Shown here: positions 48,275 to 58,667 of the stretch, in pieces | How the letters are laid out: each line of letters starts with the position of its first letter | How positions within the stretch are numbered: the stretch's first letter is position 1 | Origin: Podarcis liolepis | Lineage: Eukaryota | Strand: one strand, 5' to 3' | DNA length: 64,000 nt | Assembly: GCA_965112155.1 (NCBI GenBank) | Contig: OZ218114.1 | Position numbers and translations under genes: made by a program | The notes under the pieces: model-generated | The model's input: only the letters and a program-made list of their open reading frames with translations | Told to the model about the DNA's origin: nothing | Database searches by the model: none

Positions 48275-48675
48275 AGACACCCCAACTCTTACACGGGAAG
48301 ACACCCGAAGACACCAAAACCTACATTCCTGTACCCGTGAAAATCTACGAAAGCAAATATATATATGTGTGTGTGTGTGTGTGTGTATATACACACAGTA
48401 TATATGTGTGTGTGTCAAAGACGCTATTTATTGAATAATATGAGCGGGGAAGAGAAGAGACGATGAGACCCCCCCCCCATTCCCACAATTTATTAACTCT
48501 GAAGTGCTGTTGGGGGAGGAAGCAAGAAACCACCTGACCAGCCCATGACCTTGAGCGAGGGGGGGGGAGGAAAGAGCGCGCGCCAGAAAGAAACGGCTCT
48601 CCTCTCCCCCCCCCCCCCGTCGCTCGACCTTCCCGCCACTTTCCACCCCTCCCTCCCCGGCAGCTTCCCCCTCAC

Positions 48676-48779
48676 CTGAGGAAAAAAAGGCGGGAACGGC
48701 CCCCTTGGGCTGGGAAGGCGCTGAGGCGGAGGCGGCCGCCGCTCCCCCGCCGCAGCAGCAGTAGCGCCCCGGCCGCCAT
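48676..48779 (-). CDS. NIPSNAP2: NIPSNAP2 (GBAS) exon 1, mitochondrial presequence-like
   Basis: MAAGALLLLRRGSGGRLRLSAFPAQGGRSRLFFLR (Arg-rich, no acidic residues); Kozak AAGATGG; donor AG|GTGAG; phase fits exon 2. Confidence 0.9.
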
Positions 48780-49000
48780 CTTGACCACCTCAACCTGAGG
48801 GGACGGCGCGGGGGAAAAGGAAGGGGAAATGGGGGCGCAGTGCCCCCCAGTAGCCACTAGAGGGAGCCTTTTCCCCCACCGGGAGGGACGGAGTTGAGGA
48901 GGGGGACACGGAAAGCTTTCTCTCTCCCCCCCCCCCAACGCCGCACATTTCTCCGACGAAGGTCTCAAAGGCGCAGCGCCATTAAGCTGAGGCGACTCTG
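48780..49000 (-). promoter_or_regulatory. NIPSNAP2 CpG-island promoter and 5' UTR
   Basis: GC/CpG-rich; YY1-type AAGATGGCGG overlapping the start codon. Confidence 0.65.
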
Positions 49001-50646
49001 GCCAAGGTGCAACCCCAGAACCTTGTTGGGGGGTTGAACAGTGTGACGGATTGAAAAATAAACGGTTTAGTTCCCCTCGAGGGGGGCTGCCCTACGTGGA
49101 TCCTAAAGTGCCATCTTGCTCCTCTTAGAACAATTTAAATGAATAGGCTCTAATAGACCTGAGGAAAAGCCCCTTCTGAACATGGGCAGAGTGCATTTTT
49201 TGTTCACAAAGGGCACCACAGACTAGGCCTACAGAGGGCTCCTGTGGTTGTGTAGAGTGCGCTCACCCCCACCAAAAGAAAGCATTTTTAAATGTAATTA
49301 TTTTTCAAATCCAATGCAAAACATGTAAACCAAGGAAGTGGCACTTGTATACCATTTGCACAAAAACCTCAGCCTGAGGAAAGGCTAAAGAAGACATTCT
49401 GGTCCAGAACAAAAGTTTGCATAATTCATAAATTTGGAAAGACATTGGATACCCTTCTGATGTCATATTTGTTTGTAGATGTAATAATAGATGCCCAGCC
49501 AGCTGTAAATGCATGTTTTGTGTTTTTCTCCAGCCATGCACAATGTTTGCATACTTTTTTTCAATTAAGGCAATTATCATACTGATGCCAAACTTCGTGT
49601 GGACCCCTGATCAGCATAGCCACAGCAGTCCACACTATTAAACTAGTACAGTAAGTCAAAATGTCCCCTATTTGGCCCTTCCAAAATTTGCAGGTAGCTG
49701 CTGCAACAAAGAAGTATCATATTAAAGTCTTGCTTTGTAAATCTGTACTCTCCACTGTAATAAATTTAGTAAAAAGTATTTTTAAAACATCTAATTTTTG
49801 ATAGATTTCCTCCCCACCTCCCAGAAGAACCCATTTGTTTATTAATACATGGAACAGGAAAAAAACAATGAACGTTTCCCCACCGGCTTTGCATCCAAGT
49901 TGTTAATGAAACTCTGGCCAGAAAAATTATAGCCAGCTGGCAACTAATTCTGAAATTGGGACAATATTGGTTTGGGAAATCAAGTTTTCTTTTTGGGTGA
50001 CTCCCTGATAATCCACATTTCTAAAAAATAAAAAAACAACCAGTAAAAGCAATATTACTCCCATGAAATTAATTTTATTAGGAGAATATTGTATTATATT
50101 CAACAGGCTTACTTAGATGTAAATTCCACAGAGATCAATAGAATTGCCTGTCTTTACCAGGGAGCGAATTCCATTGAGCTCAGTAATACATTAAAGTAAG
50201 CATGTTTAGGATCAGGTAGTTGTTTTTGTAATACTTTCAGCCCAAGTGCTGTATAATTATAGTATAATTATTAGGATTATCCTATATAGTTTTATGATTA
50301 TGTAGTGTGCTGGGTTGGGAACATTTAATAAAAGAGCAGAGCATAATATATCATTTTTACCAGCAGAAAGTGCCCAACGTTGCTTGGGAATTATAAGAAA
50401 CCAAAAATATCAGTACAGTTTTGAAACCAGTACATAAGAAATAGCCTGCTGAATGAGGCCCTTGGCACATTTAGTCCAGCATTCTGTTATCACAGTGGCC
50501 GAGATGCCTATGGGAAACAAGCAAGCAGAACATGAGCACGAGAGCCCTCTCCCTCCCTTGAAGGGGCAAAGTCCTCTGGGATGTTTGCCTGTACAAGCAC
50601 CACTAACAGGAACCTGAGCTGTGCAAGAACATGGAAGAGTGTTTGC

Positions 50647-50769
50647 TAAGGTTACCAGATTTTTTTCAATGAATCCAGGGATACTTTTCAACTTCAATGG
50701 ATTTTGTATGGGGACTGATTTGTAAATCTGGGGACTGTCACTGGGAAACGGGGACGTTTGGTAATCTTA
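50647..50769. mobile_element. hAT MITE
   Basis: TIR TAAGGTTACCA / TGGTAATCTTA; TSD GTGTTTGC. Confidence 0.8.
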
Positions 50770-51318
50770 GTGTTTGCACCATTTCCATTCTTGCGCATAT
50801 CCCAGGGGACAATTCCCATGGATCAGATCAGTCTTCCACTGTTTTTAATGGTGCCCAGAAACTTACACCCAGAGGCAATTCTCACAGTAGTGCCTGATCC
50901 TAAACGTTGTCTTATACCAGCTGAAGTGTTTGAAAAGGTGGTGGGCTCCATCTACCCTGTGCCATAGGAGCCAACTCCTAGGGGTCAAGGTCCCTTTGCC
51001 CCCCATAAAATATTTGAGGGGGCTGGAGCCCCCAAAGTTAATGGGCATTGCCATTCAAATGGTGTGTGTGTGTGTGTGTGTGTGTGTCACATCTTGTGAT
51101 CAATGATGTGGGGTGGGGCTTACCTGTCCGTCCGTCCCCCAATATTGGATTTCACTGCTTTGCTGCACTGTGAAGTATTAAACATTGTGTATTGTTTTTG
51201 GATACCATCAAGCAGAGAGGCCACTTATAAATATTGTAGCAGACCAACTTACATTCACTTGAAAGATTTTAAAAGTAAACTGAATGTTTCTGTTGTCCTG
51301 TGAGCAGGTTAATTCAAG

Positions 51319-51324
51319 TTTATT
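51319..51324 (-). terminator. MRPS17 polyadenylation signal
   Basis: AATAAA about 115 nt downstream of the stop codon. Confidence 0.55.
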
Positions 51325-51437
51325 ATGAATCATGACAATTTCAGAAAGAACACATAAACATTGTGTTACATACAAGCTCATCCACAGAAGCACATGGAAA
51401 GTCTCAGATTATGCTGCCTACCCTGTCCTCACCCCCA

Positions 51438-51728
51438 TCATTTATCTGAAGAAGAAACAGTTAATTCTTGGAGCTTTTCACTAAGGTAACTGGTATCTCT
51501 ATCGGTCAGGTTTTCTGAGTCCGTTACACTTTCCAGTAGCCTACTGCCTGCACAAGGCTTCCCCGTCACTGGATCAATGATTTTCCCAACCTTGTACACA
51601 ATCTCAGCCAGTTCGTGTTTCACGTGCTTGCTCCTCCGTTCGGGCAAAGCTTTTAAGAGAACGATGTCTCCCTCAATGCACTGCTGCTGGGGGTCATGAG
51701 CAAAGTATGTTTTCCGCTTGTTATAGAA
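51438..51728 (-). CDS. MRPS17: 28S ribosomal protein S17, mitochondrial, last coding exon
   Basis: [61 protein letters not shown]...; CAG acceptor. Confidence 0.95.
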   Translation of the reverse strand, partial: FYNKRKTYFAHDPQQQCIEGDIVLLKALPERRSKHVKHELAEIVYKVGKIIDPVTGKPCAGSRLLESVTDSENLTDRDTSYLSEKLQELTVSSSDK

Positions 51729-51892
51729 CTGTGGGAGAAGAGAGGAAAGAGCACATGGATTATTCAGTGGTAGGCAAATGATTCAGAGAAACCTGAGTGC
51801 CAGCAAGACTGAACCGGGATAGCTGCTCAGCCCTGACATTGACTGAAGTTCTCCATCATACTGGTGGAACTCAACCCCAAAGGAAAGTTTAC

Positions 51893-52015
51893 CTTTAGCA
51901 AGTAAGGATCCAGCACCAGCCGCGTCACTCTCACTTTCGCTGTTTTACGCATCTTGGTCCCAATGACTTTCCCTATGATCCATTTTGCGTGGACAGCACC
52001 ACGCAATGCAGACAT
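51893..52015 (-). CDS. MRPS17: MRPS17 first coding exon
   Basis: [41 protein letters not shown]; the exon begins at acceptor 52033; 123 coding nt. Confidence 0.96.
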
Positions 52016-53531
52016 GGCTCAGTTACGAACACCCTGAGAAGCAAGAACAAGGTATCATTTTAACAGCCAGTGGCAAAGTACAGCCAAGCCAACACACCTA
52101 TTATTATTTATAATAACAAGCCTACCTAGATATTTAGAATGCTGATGTGTTTTTAGTTTATTACTGGTTTTAATTTTCTGAATGTTTTAATTGTTTTTAG
52201 TAATAATTTTGTTGTTTTATTCTTTTTATAAACCTATCTGTTGGGGTTTTTTAAACAATCAAACAGTAAATAAATTTCATGAAATAAACAAATGAAACAA
52301 ATAATAAATGTATCTGTTTGGCTTATTTCCTACCCTTCACCACCAAGTCCCAGGGCAGATCACAGCAATTTAAAAAATATAATATTAAAAACACTTTAAA
52401 TCTAAACAAAGAAACAGCATTTCTCCTTACATTCTAGCCGTAAGAAAGGCAGAGGAACACCCCAGGTTTGCTAGTCTTGAAAACCCAGGCTCCCCTAAGT
52501 ATTAATGCTAGATGCTAGTAAAAATGCTTCAAGCCCAGTGCACATCAACACCACACACTAACTTAGAAAGCAGGACAAAATTATTGCTGTGGAAAAGCTG
52601 GTACTGCCAGTGTGTGATGCCTAGATCTTAATCATGAGAAAGGTGTGTTGCAGTACTTTAACTTGATGGCTGTGCTCCACTTCCACGGTCAGAGGCAGTG
52701 ATGCTTCTGAATACCAGTTGCTGGAAACCACAAGAGGGGAGAGTGCTCTTATACTTAAATCCCGCTTGTGCGTTTCCCATAGCCACTGTAAGAACAGGAT
52801 GCTGGACTAGATCCCACCCACCCACCCCCCCGGTCTGATCCAGCAGGTTCTTTTATGTTGTTAACAGATTTATTGTGGTGTAAGATGGCTTGACAACCAT
52901 ATGTCAGGAGTGCTCTGATGGTGTTTCCTGCTTGGCAGGGGGTTGGACTCGATGGCCCTTGTGGTCTCTTCCAACTCTATGATTCTATGATTCTAAGATT
53001 TCAGACCTGGAGGGCCATGAACTTCCCGGCCTTTGATAAAGTATCTCACAAGCAGGGATGAGAAAATCCTTGTATGTCTGAGATCCTGGAAAACTGCTGG
53101 AGAATAGGTAATGCCACAAAATGATGAACAAACTGACACTACATCCACTGTTTTGTCTTTTAAAAATTATTGCAGCTGACAGTTTAGGGCTGCTTCATTG
53201 GCACACAGCTGTCTGTCAAATATATCCCCATTAAGTGACCTTGCTCCTGAAAACTTGGGGTGAAGTTACGCTTCCACCATAGGATGAAAAAAAAGGTGAG
53301 AGGAAATTAGGGGGGTTGCAAGAGGACTGGATGAAGGAGCCCTCCTGCCTCCCAGAATTATAGGGGAGTTTAGAGGAGCAGAGGCGGCCTTCCCCCTCCA
53401 CAGCCCTACGTGAATCTCCATTATATCGTCCACCTCTGCCTTTGTACCCCAACCAGGTCTCTGCCCCGCAGAGACAGTAAGGCTCCCCACTCCCGCGCCC
53501 TCCGCCCTATAAATCCGTTGGAAACTCTTAC

Positions 53532-53720
53532 TGGGTCTCTGTCTCCAGGCTGGTAACGCGAGCCGGGGCCAAGAGAAGGAAAAGGCGGAGCCAGTAGCGG
53601 AAGTTCCGCGATAGCCCATCTAGGAAAGGAGAGTGGTGTGTGTTTGTAGCCTCCGAGGCCCTTCTGGGATTTGCCTGCGTGGTTTAGCGGGTAAAGAACC
53701 GGCGTGGGGAGCATAGAGGA
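53532..53720 (-). promoter_or_regulatory. Probable MRPS17 promoter and non-coding exon 1
   Basis: CpG-enriched; ETS/GABP motif GCGGAAGT ~53597; minus-strand donor CCA|GTAAGA at 53531. Confidence 0.55.
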
Positions 53721-54141
53721 TTGTTGGTTCGAGGACCAAGCAGGGTTGACGCTAATACCTTCTTGTGTTCGGTCTCTATTAATCAGCCGCATATTTTATT
53801 CTTCTTAGAGCTGCATTAGTTCATTTGACTGTAGAATCAGAAATAAAATAAAATTAAAATTGTCATTCTTCATAATGGAGCGGGATAGGCTCTGTATGTT
53901 GGATTTCTGTCTGTTCTGTGCGTTTTGTTTTGTTTTACAGCAGAGAAGTTGTGCCAGAGTGGAAGTGTTGGAAGAAATGACAAACGTTTATACAAAAATC
54001 ACATCTATTTTAAGGTTGCCATGGCAAGATTTCCCTGCCTTTCAAAGTTCCACAACAGGCAGAAATATGACAAACACAGCATTGCCGGCACTGAGTTTTC
54101 ATATTCTGTCAGCTGGAGGTGCAGTGATAGGGAAAACAGTA

Positions 54142-54480
54142 AAAGGTAAAGGGATCCCTGACCGTTAGGTCCAGTTGTGGCCGACTCTGGGGTTCCGGCG
54201 CTCATCTCGCTTTATTGGCTGAGGGAGCCAGCATACAGCTTCCGGGTCATGTGGCCAGCATGACTAAGCTGCTTCTGCCGAACCAGAGCAGCGTACGGAA
54301 ATGCCGTTTACCTTCCCGCCAGAGCGGTACCTACTTATCTACTTGCACTTTGATGTGCTTTCAAACAGCTAGGTTGGCAGTAGCAGGGACCGAGCAATGG
54401 GAGCTCAGCCCGTCACAGGGATTCAAACAGCTGACCTTCTGATCGGCAAGTCCTAGGCTCTGTGGTTTAACCCACAGCAC
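54142..54480 (-). mobile_element. Sauria SINE (near full length)
   Basis: tRNA-like head, core CCGTTTACCTTCCCGCC, ACCTTT tail. Confidence 0.9.
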
Positions 54481-55042
54481 ATACCTGCAAAAAAGGGAAA
54501 GGAAATACAGTAGCTGCCTTCCTGTTGACTTTCCCACCATCTTAAAAACACAACATTAAACTCACTGGCTGCTTAAAATGTTAGAAATTAAATGACTGCA
54601 AAGGCCTGTCTGCATTTTTTAAATGCAGATTTATCATACTGTACACCCCTTTGGTGGTTTTGTGTTGCAAAGTGCTTTTAAAATCCGAAAATAAATAAAT
54701 AAAATATCCTCCAGCGTATCAGAGGATATTTGGGGTGCCCTGATGTTCCATGGAGAGGGGTTCCATGGGGAGAACTCCTTGTGCCCCTGCACCCCCACTT
54801 GCCCATCAGGCATTGCTGGGTGTTCTACTAAATCTGCCCTCTACTATACTTTGCATTTTTCTTCTCCCACCCTGTTGACAAAGTGGAGAGAGTGGTTGTT
54901 ATTCTGGGTTGATATGCCAGAAAAATATCATTGATTGATTGATTTTTAATTCAAAGCCTTTGTACCTTGCTCTTCAGCCCAAAAAGTCTCCCAGAGTGGC
55001 TTATATAACATCATTTAAACAAGACAGTCCCTGCCCACAGGC

Positions 55043-55075
<33 letters not shown>

Positions 55076-55707
55076 TTTAGTCGTTTAGTCGTGTCCGACT
55101 CTTTGTGACCCCATGGACCAGAGCACGCCAGGCACTCCTGTCTTCCACTGTCTCCCACAGTTTGGTCAAACTCATGCTGGTAGCATCGAGAACACTATCC
55201 AACCATCTCGTCCTCTGTCATCCCCTTCTCCTTGTGCCTTCCATCTTTCCCAACATCAGGGTCTTTTCCAGGGAGTCTTCTCTTCTCATGAGGTGGCCAA
55301 AGTATTGGAGCCTCAGCTTCAGGATCTGTCCTTCCAGTGAGCACTCAGGGCTGATTTCCTTAAGAATGGAGAGGTTTGATCTTCTTGCAGTCCATGAGAC
55401 TCTCAAGAGTCTCCTCCAGCACCATAATTCAAAAGCATAAATTCTTCGGCGATCAGCCTTCTTTATGGTCCAGCTCTCACTTCTGTACATCACTACTGGG
55501 AAAACCATAGCTTTAACTATATGGACCTTTGTTGGCAAGGTGATGTCTCTGCTTTTTAAGATGCTGTCTAGGTTTGTCATTGCTTTTCTCCCTAGAAGCA
55601 GGCGTCTTTTAATTTCGTGGCTGCTGTCACCATCTGCAGTGATCATGGAGCCCAAGAAAGTAAAATCTCTCACTGCCTCCATTTCTTCCCCTTCTATTTG
55701 CCAGGAG
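55043..55707 (-). mobile_element. BovB LINE 3' fragment
   Basis: WQIEGEEMEAVRDFTFLGS...ESWTIKKA...ELWCWRRLLR; (CAA)n tail. Confidence 0.93.
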
Positions 55708-56872
55708 GAAAGAGGGGGAAACAACCCCAGGTTCCAGTTCTTAAACAATTGTTCCTGTAATGACCACGGTGCATATTGGGTAGGAAATGCCTGCTGCAGC
55801 TGGTCTTTTAACAGAGCTGATGTAGAGAGCCCTGCTTCCCATCTCTCCCCCTGGTGGAATTTTAACAATCTGCATCAATGTGTCAGTAAACGGTCTTAAT
55901 GGTTGTTTTACATGTGTGTGTTTTTTGTAATGAAATGTTTATGATCTATTGTAATTCTATTACATTTTTGTGCACCTTTATATAATTGGATGTTTTGTAT
56001 ACAATTTGTTTTTTGTAGTTCTTACGTCATTTTCTTTATGTGCATACAGTATTTAATTACATAACTTAAAATGTGGGCTTCTGATTGTAATTATTAGTAG
56101 TCGTTGGTTTTGAATGTGGAAATTGTGCTGTGTTTCTTTTATTGAATTACCGTACTTTTTGTTAGGATTTGTAAATTGTTTAGAGATTTATTTTGAAATA
56201 TGAAGTGGTACGTAAATTGACTAGCTGAAAAATTAAATCTGTCAACAGGAGCACAAAATGAGCCTCTCAGGGCACACTCCTCATGGAGCCCTAATTTATT
56301 GTTTTTTCATTAGCTATATTTTTTATGGCAGCCCTGTATCATGTGTTCAATGGGTGACTCACAATTTTTTAATGCTATAAAATACAGGACTGCTACTATT
56401 ATTTATTTGATTTGTCATTTGATTACTACAAAAAAGTCTCCAAGTGGTTTACAGAAAAAGGCACTGCCTTGGTGACTAGCAGTGCCTTATTTCAGCTCCA
56501 GTTGGTTTTGCCACCAATGACGGCTTTGGGACAAAGATGACTTGGCCACTGTACTCCATGCTCTGCTAGCTTCCAGATTTGCTTATTGCAATGTGCTCTA
56601 TGTGCGGCTGCCCTTGAAGACAACTTGGAAACTTCAGTTGGTCCATAATGCAGGCGCAGCAGACACATTACTGGCTGGGGTTCCATTTAGATCTCATATA
56701 CAACCCCCGTTTTAAAACAGCTGCATTGGTTGCCAGTTTGTTTCCAGGCCCAATTCAAGGTCTCACATTGGTCTTTAAAGCTTTAAATGACTCAAGCCCC
56801 AAATATCTGAAAGACCACCTTGTTCCCTAAAGACTCTCTTAGGTGCTGAGATTTGCAGAGGGGCCTTCTTGG

Positions 56873-56874
<2 letters not shown>

Positions 56875-56920
<46 letters not shown>

Positions 56921-57836
56921 TTATTTATACCCTGCCCATCTGGCTGAGTTTCCCCAGCCACTCTGGGCGGCTCCCAATCAAGTGTTAAAAACAGCACAGC
57001 ATTAAATATTAAAAACTTCCTTGAACAGGGCTGCCTTCAGATGTCTTTTAAAGATAGGATAGCTGTTTATTTCCTTCACATCTGAAGGGAGGGTGTTCCA
57101 CAGGGTGGGCGCCACTACCGAGAAGGCCCTCTGTCTGGTTCCCTGTAACCTCACTTCTCGCAATGAGGGAACCGCCAGAAGGCCCTCGGCACTGGATCTC
57201 AGTGTCCGGGCTGAACGATGGGGGTGGAGACGCTCCTTCAGGTATACAGGACTGAGGCCGTTTAGGGCTTTAAAGGTCAGCACCAACACTTTGAATTGTG
57301 CTCGGAAACGTACTGGGAGCCAATGCAGATCTTTCAGGACCAGTGTTATGTGGTCCTGGCAGCCACTCCCAGTCACCAGTCTAGCTGCCGCATTCTGGAT
57401 TAATTGCAGTTTCCGGGTCACCTTCAAAGGTAGCCCCACGTAGAGCGCATTACAGTAGTCCAAGCGGGAGATAACTAGAGCTTGCACCACTCTGACAAGA
57501 CAGTCTGCGGGCAGGGAGGGTCTTAGTTTGCATACCAGGTGGAGCTGGTAGGCGGCCGCCCTGGACACAGAATTAACCTGCGCCTCCATGGACAGCTGTG
57601 AGTCCAAAATGACTCCCAGGCTGCGCACCTGGTCCTTCAGGGGCACAGTTACCCCATTCAGGACCAGGGAATCCCCCACACTCACCCCCCCTGTCCCCCA
57701 AAAACAGTACTTGTCAGGATTCAACCTCAATCTGTTAGCTGCCATCCATCCTCCAACCGCCTCCAGGCACTCACACGGGACCTTCACTGCCTTCGCTGGT
57801 TCTGATTTAAGGGAGAAGTAGAGCTGGGTGTCATCA
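56875..57836 (-). mobile_element. Young L2 LINE 3' fragment nested in an older, oppositely oriented L2 (~56490-58000)
   Basis: SRLDYCNALY...LQLIQNAAARLV...LHWLPV; truncated at the ADD motif; (TTA)n tail. Confidence 0.92.
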
Positions 57837-58425
57837 CTCCACCCTCAGAATCTCAAGGAGAGGGCCTTCTCTGTGGCAGCTCCTACGTTGTGGAACTCCC
57901 CTCCCCAAAGATTTCATTATAGAGCTTCCAGTGAATGCTGAAGATGGCCCTCTCTATCCTGGTTTTTGACACTGGAGGTGTATGTTTTTAGGACCCATCT
58001 TATTTTTATGGTTGCAAGCTGTTGTAAATTTTTTTTATTACTGCAACCCATCCTGGGACTTGTGGGCACCGTTGGTCCCTTCTCGGGCAAATAATGTGTG
58101 CGAGTTCAACCTTTGCATGTGCCCACCCACTCTCCTCTTCCCTCAGGGAGTGTTTGATCAAGACAGAACATGCCACCTTTTAGATAAGTGTGTCTTCCTC
58201 CAGAAATTTAATCACTGAGGAATCTGTGATAAGCCTCCAAGGCGCCTCGGGATGCTTCTTCATTTGAAAAGCTACTGCTTTAAAGAACTGAGTTTTTAAT
58301 TAAACACAAACATTGGAAACTCAGTTCCGGCAGATCTCAGGTGGGCGCCATTGCCGTGATAAGAGAACAACGGAGGTGTTCATGGTGAGTTCTGGCACCA
58401 CTTCTTCTAGAAAAATGGCACTGTA

Positions 58426-58667
58426 CAGTGGTACCTCGGGTTAAGAACTTAATTCGTTCCGGAGGTCTGTTCTTAACCTGAAACTGTTCTTAACCTGAAG
58501 CACCACTTTAGCTAATGGGGCCTCCTCCTGCTGCTGCGCCGCCAGAACCCAATTTCTGTTCTTATCCTGAAGCAAAATTCTTAACCTGAAGCACTATTTC
58601 TGGGTTAGCGGAGTCTGTAACCTGAAGCATATGTAACCTGAAGCGTATGTAACCCGAGGTACCACTG
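58426..58667. mobile_element. Tigger-like MITE, 242 bp
   Basis: TIR CAGTGGTACCTCGGGTTA with TA TSD. Confidence 0.88.

Larger units (their letters stand above)
46193..48356 (+). mobile_element. Young 5'-truncated Penelope-like element with an inverted arm (1000-bp inverted repeats)
   Basis: 46193-47192 is the reverse complement of 47320-48319; GIY-YIG motif GVYEIPCKVCPATYIGQT...RIAEH...MEAIEI...NMN; 37-nt tail only on the right arm; inserted in a (TA)n tract. Confidence 0.93.

Noticed and set aside
57002-57787. 261-aa ORF as a host gene
   Set aside because: It is the C-terminus of L2 ORF2 in a 5'-truncated copy.
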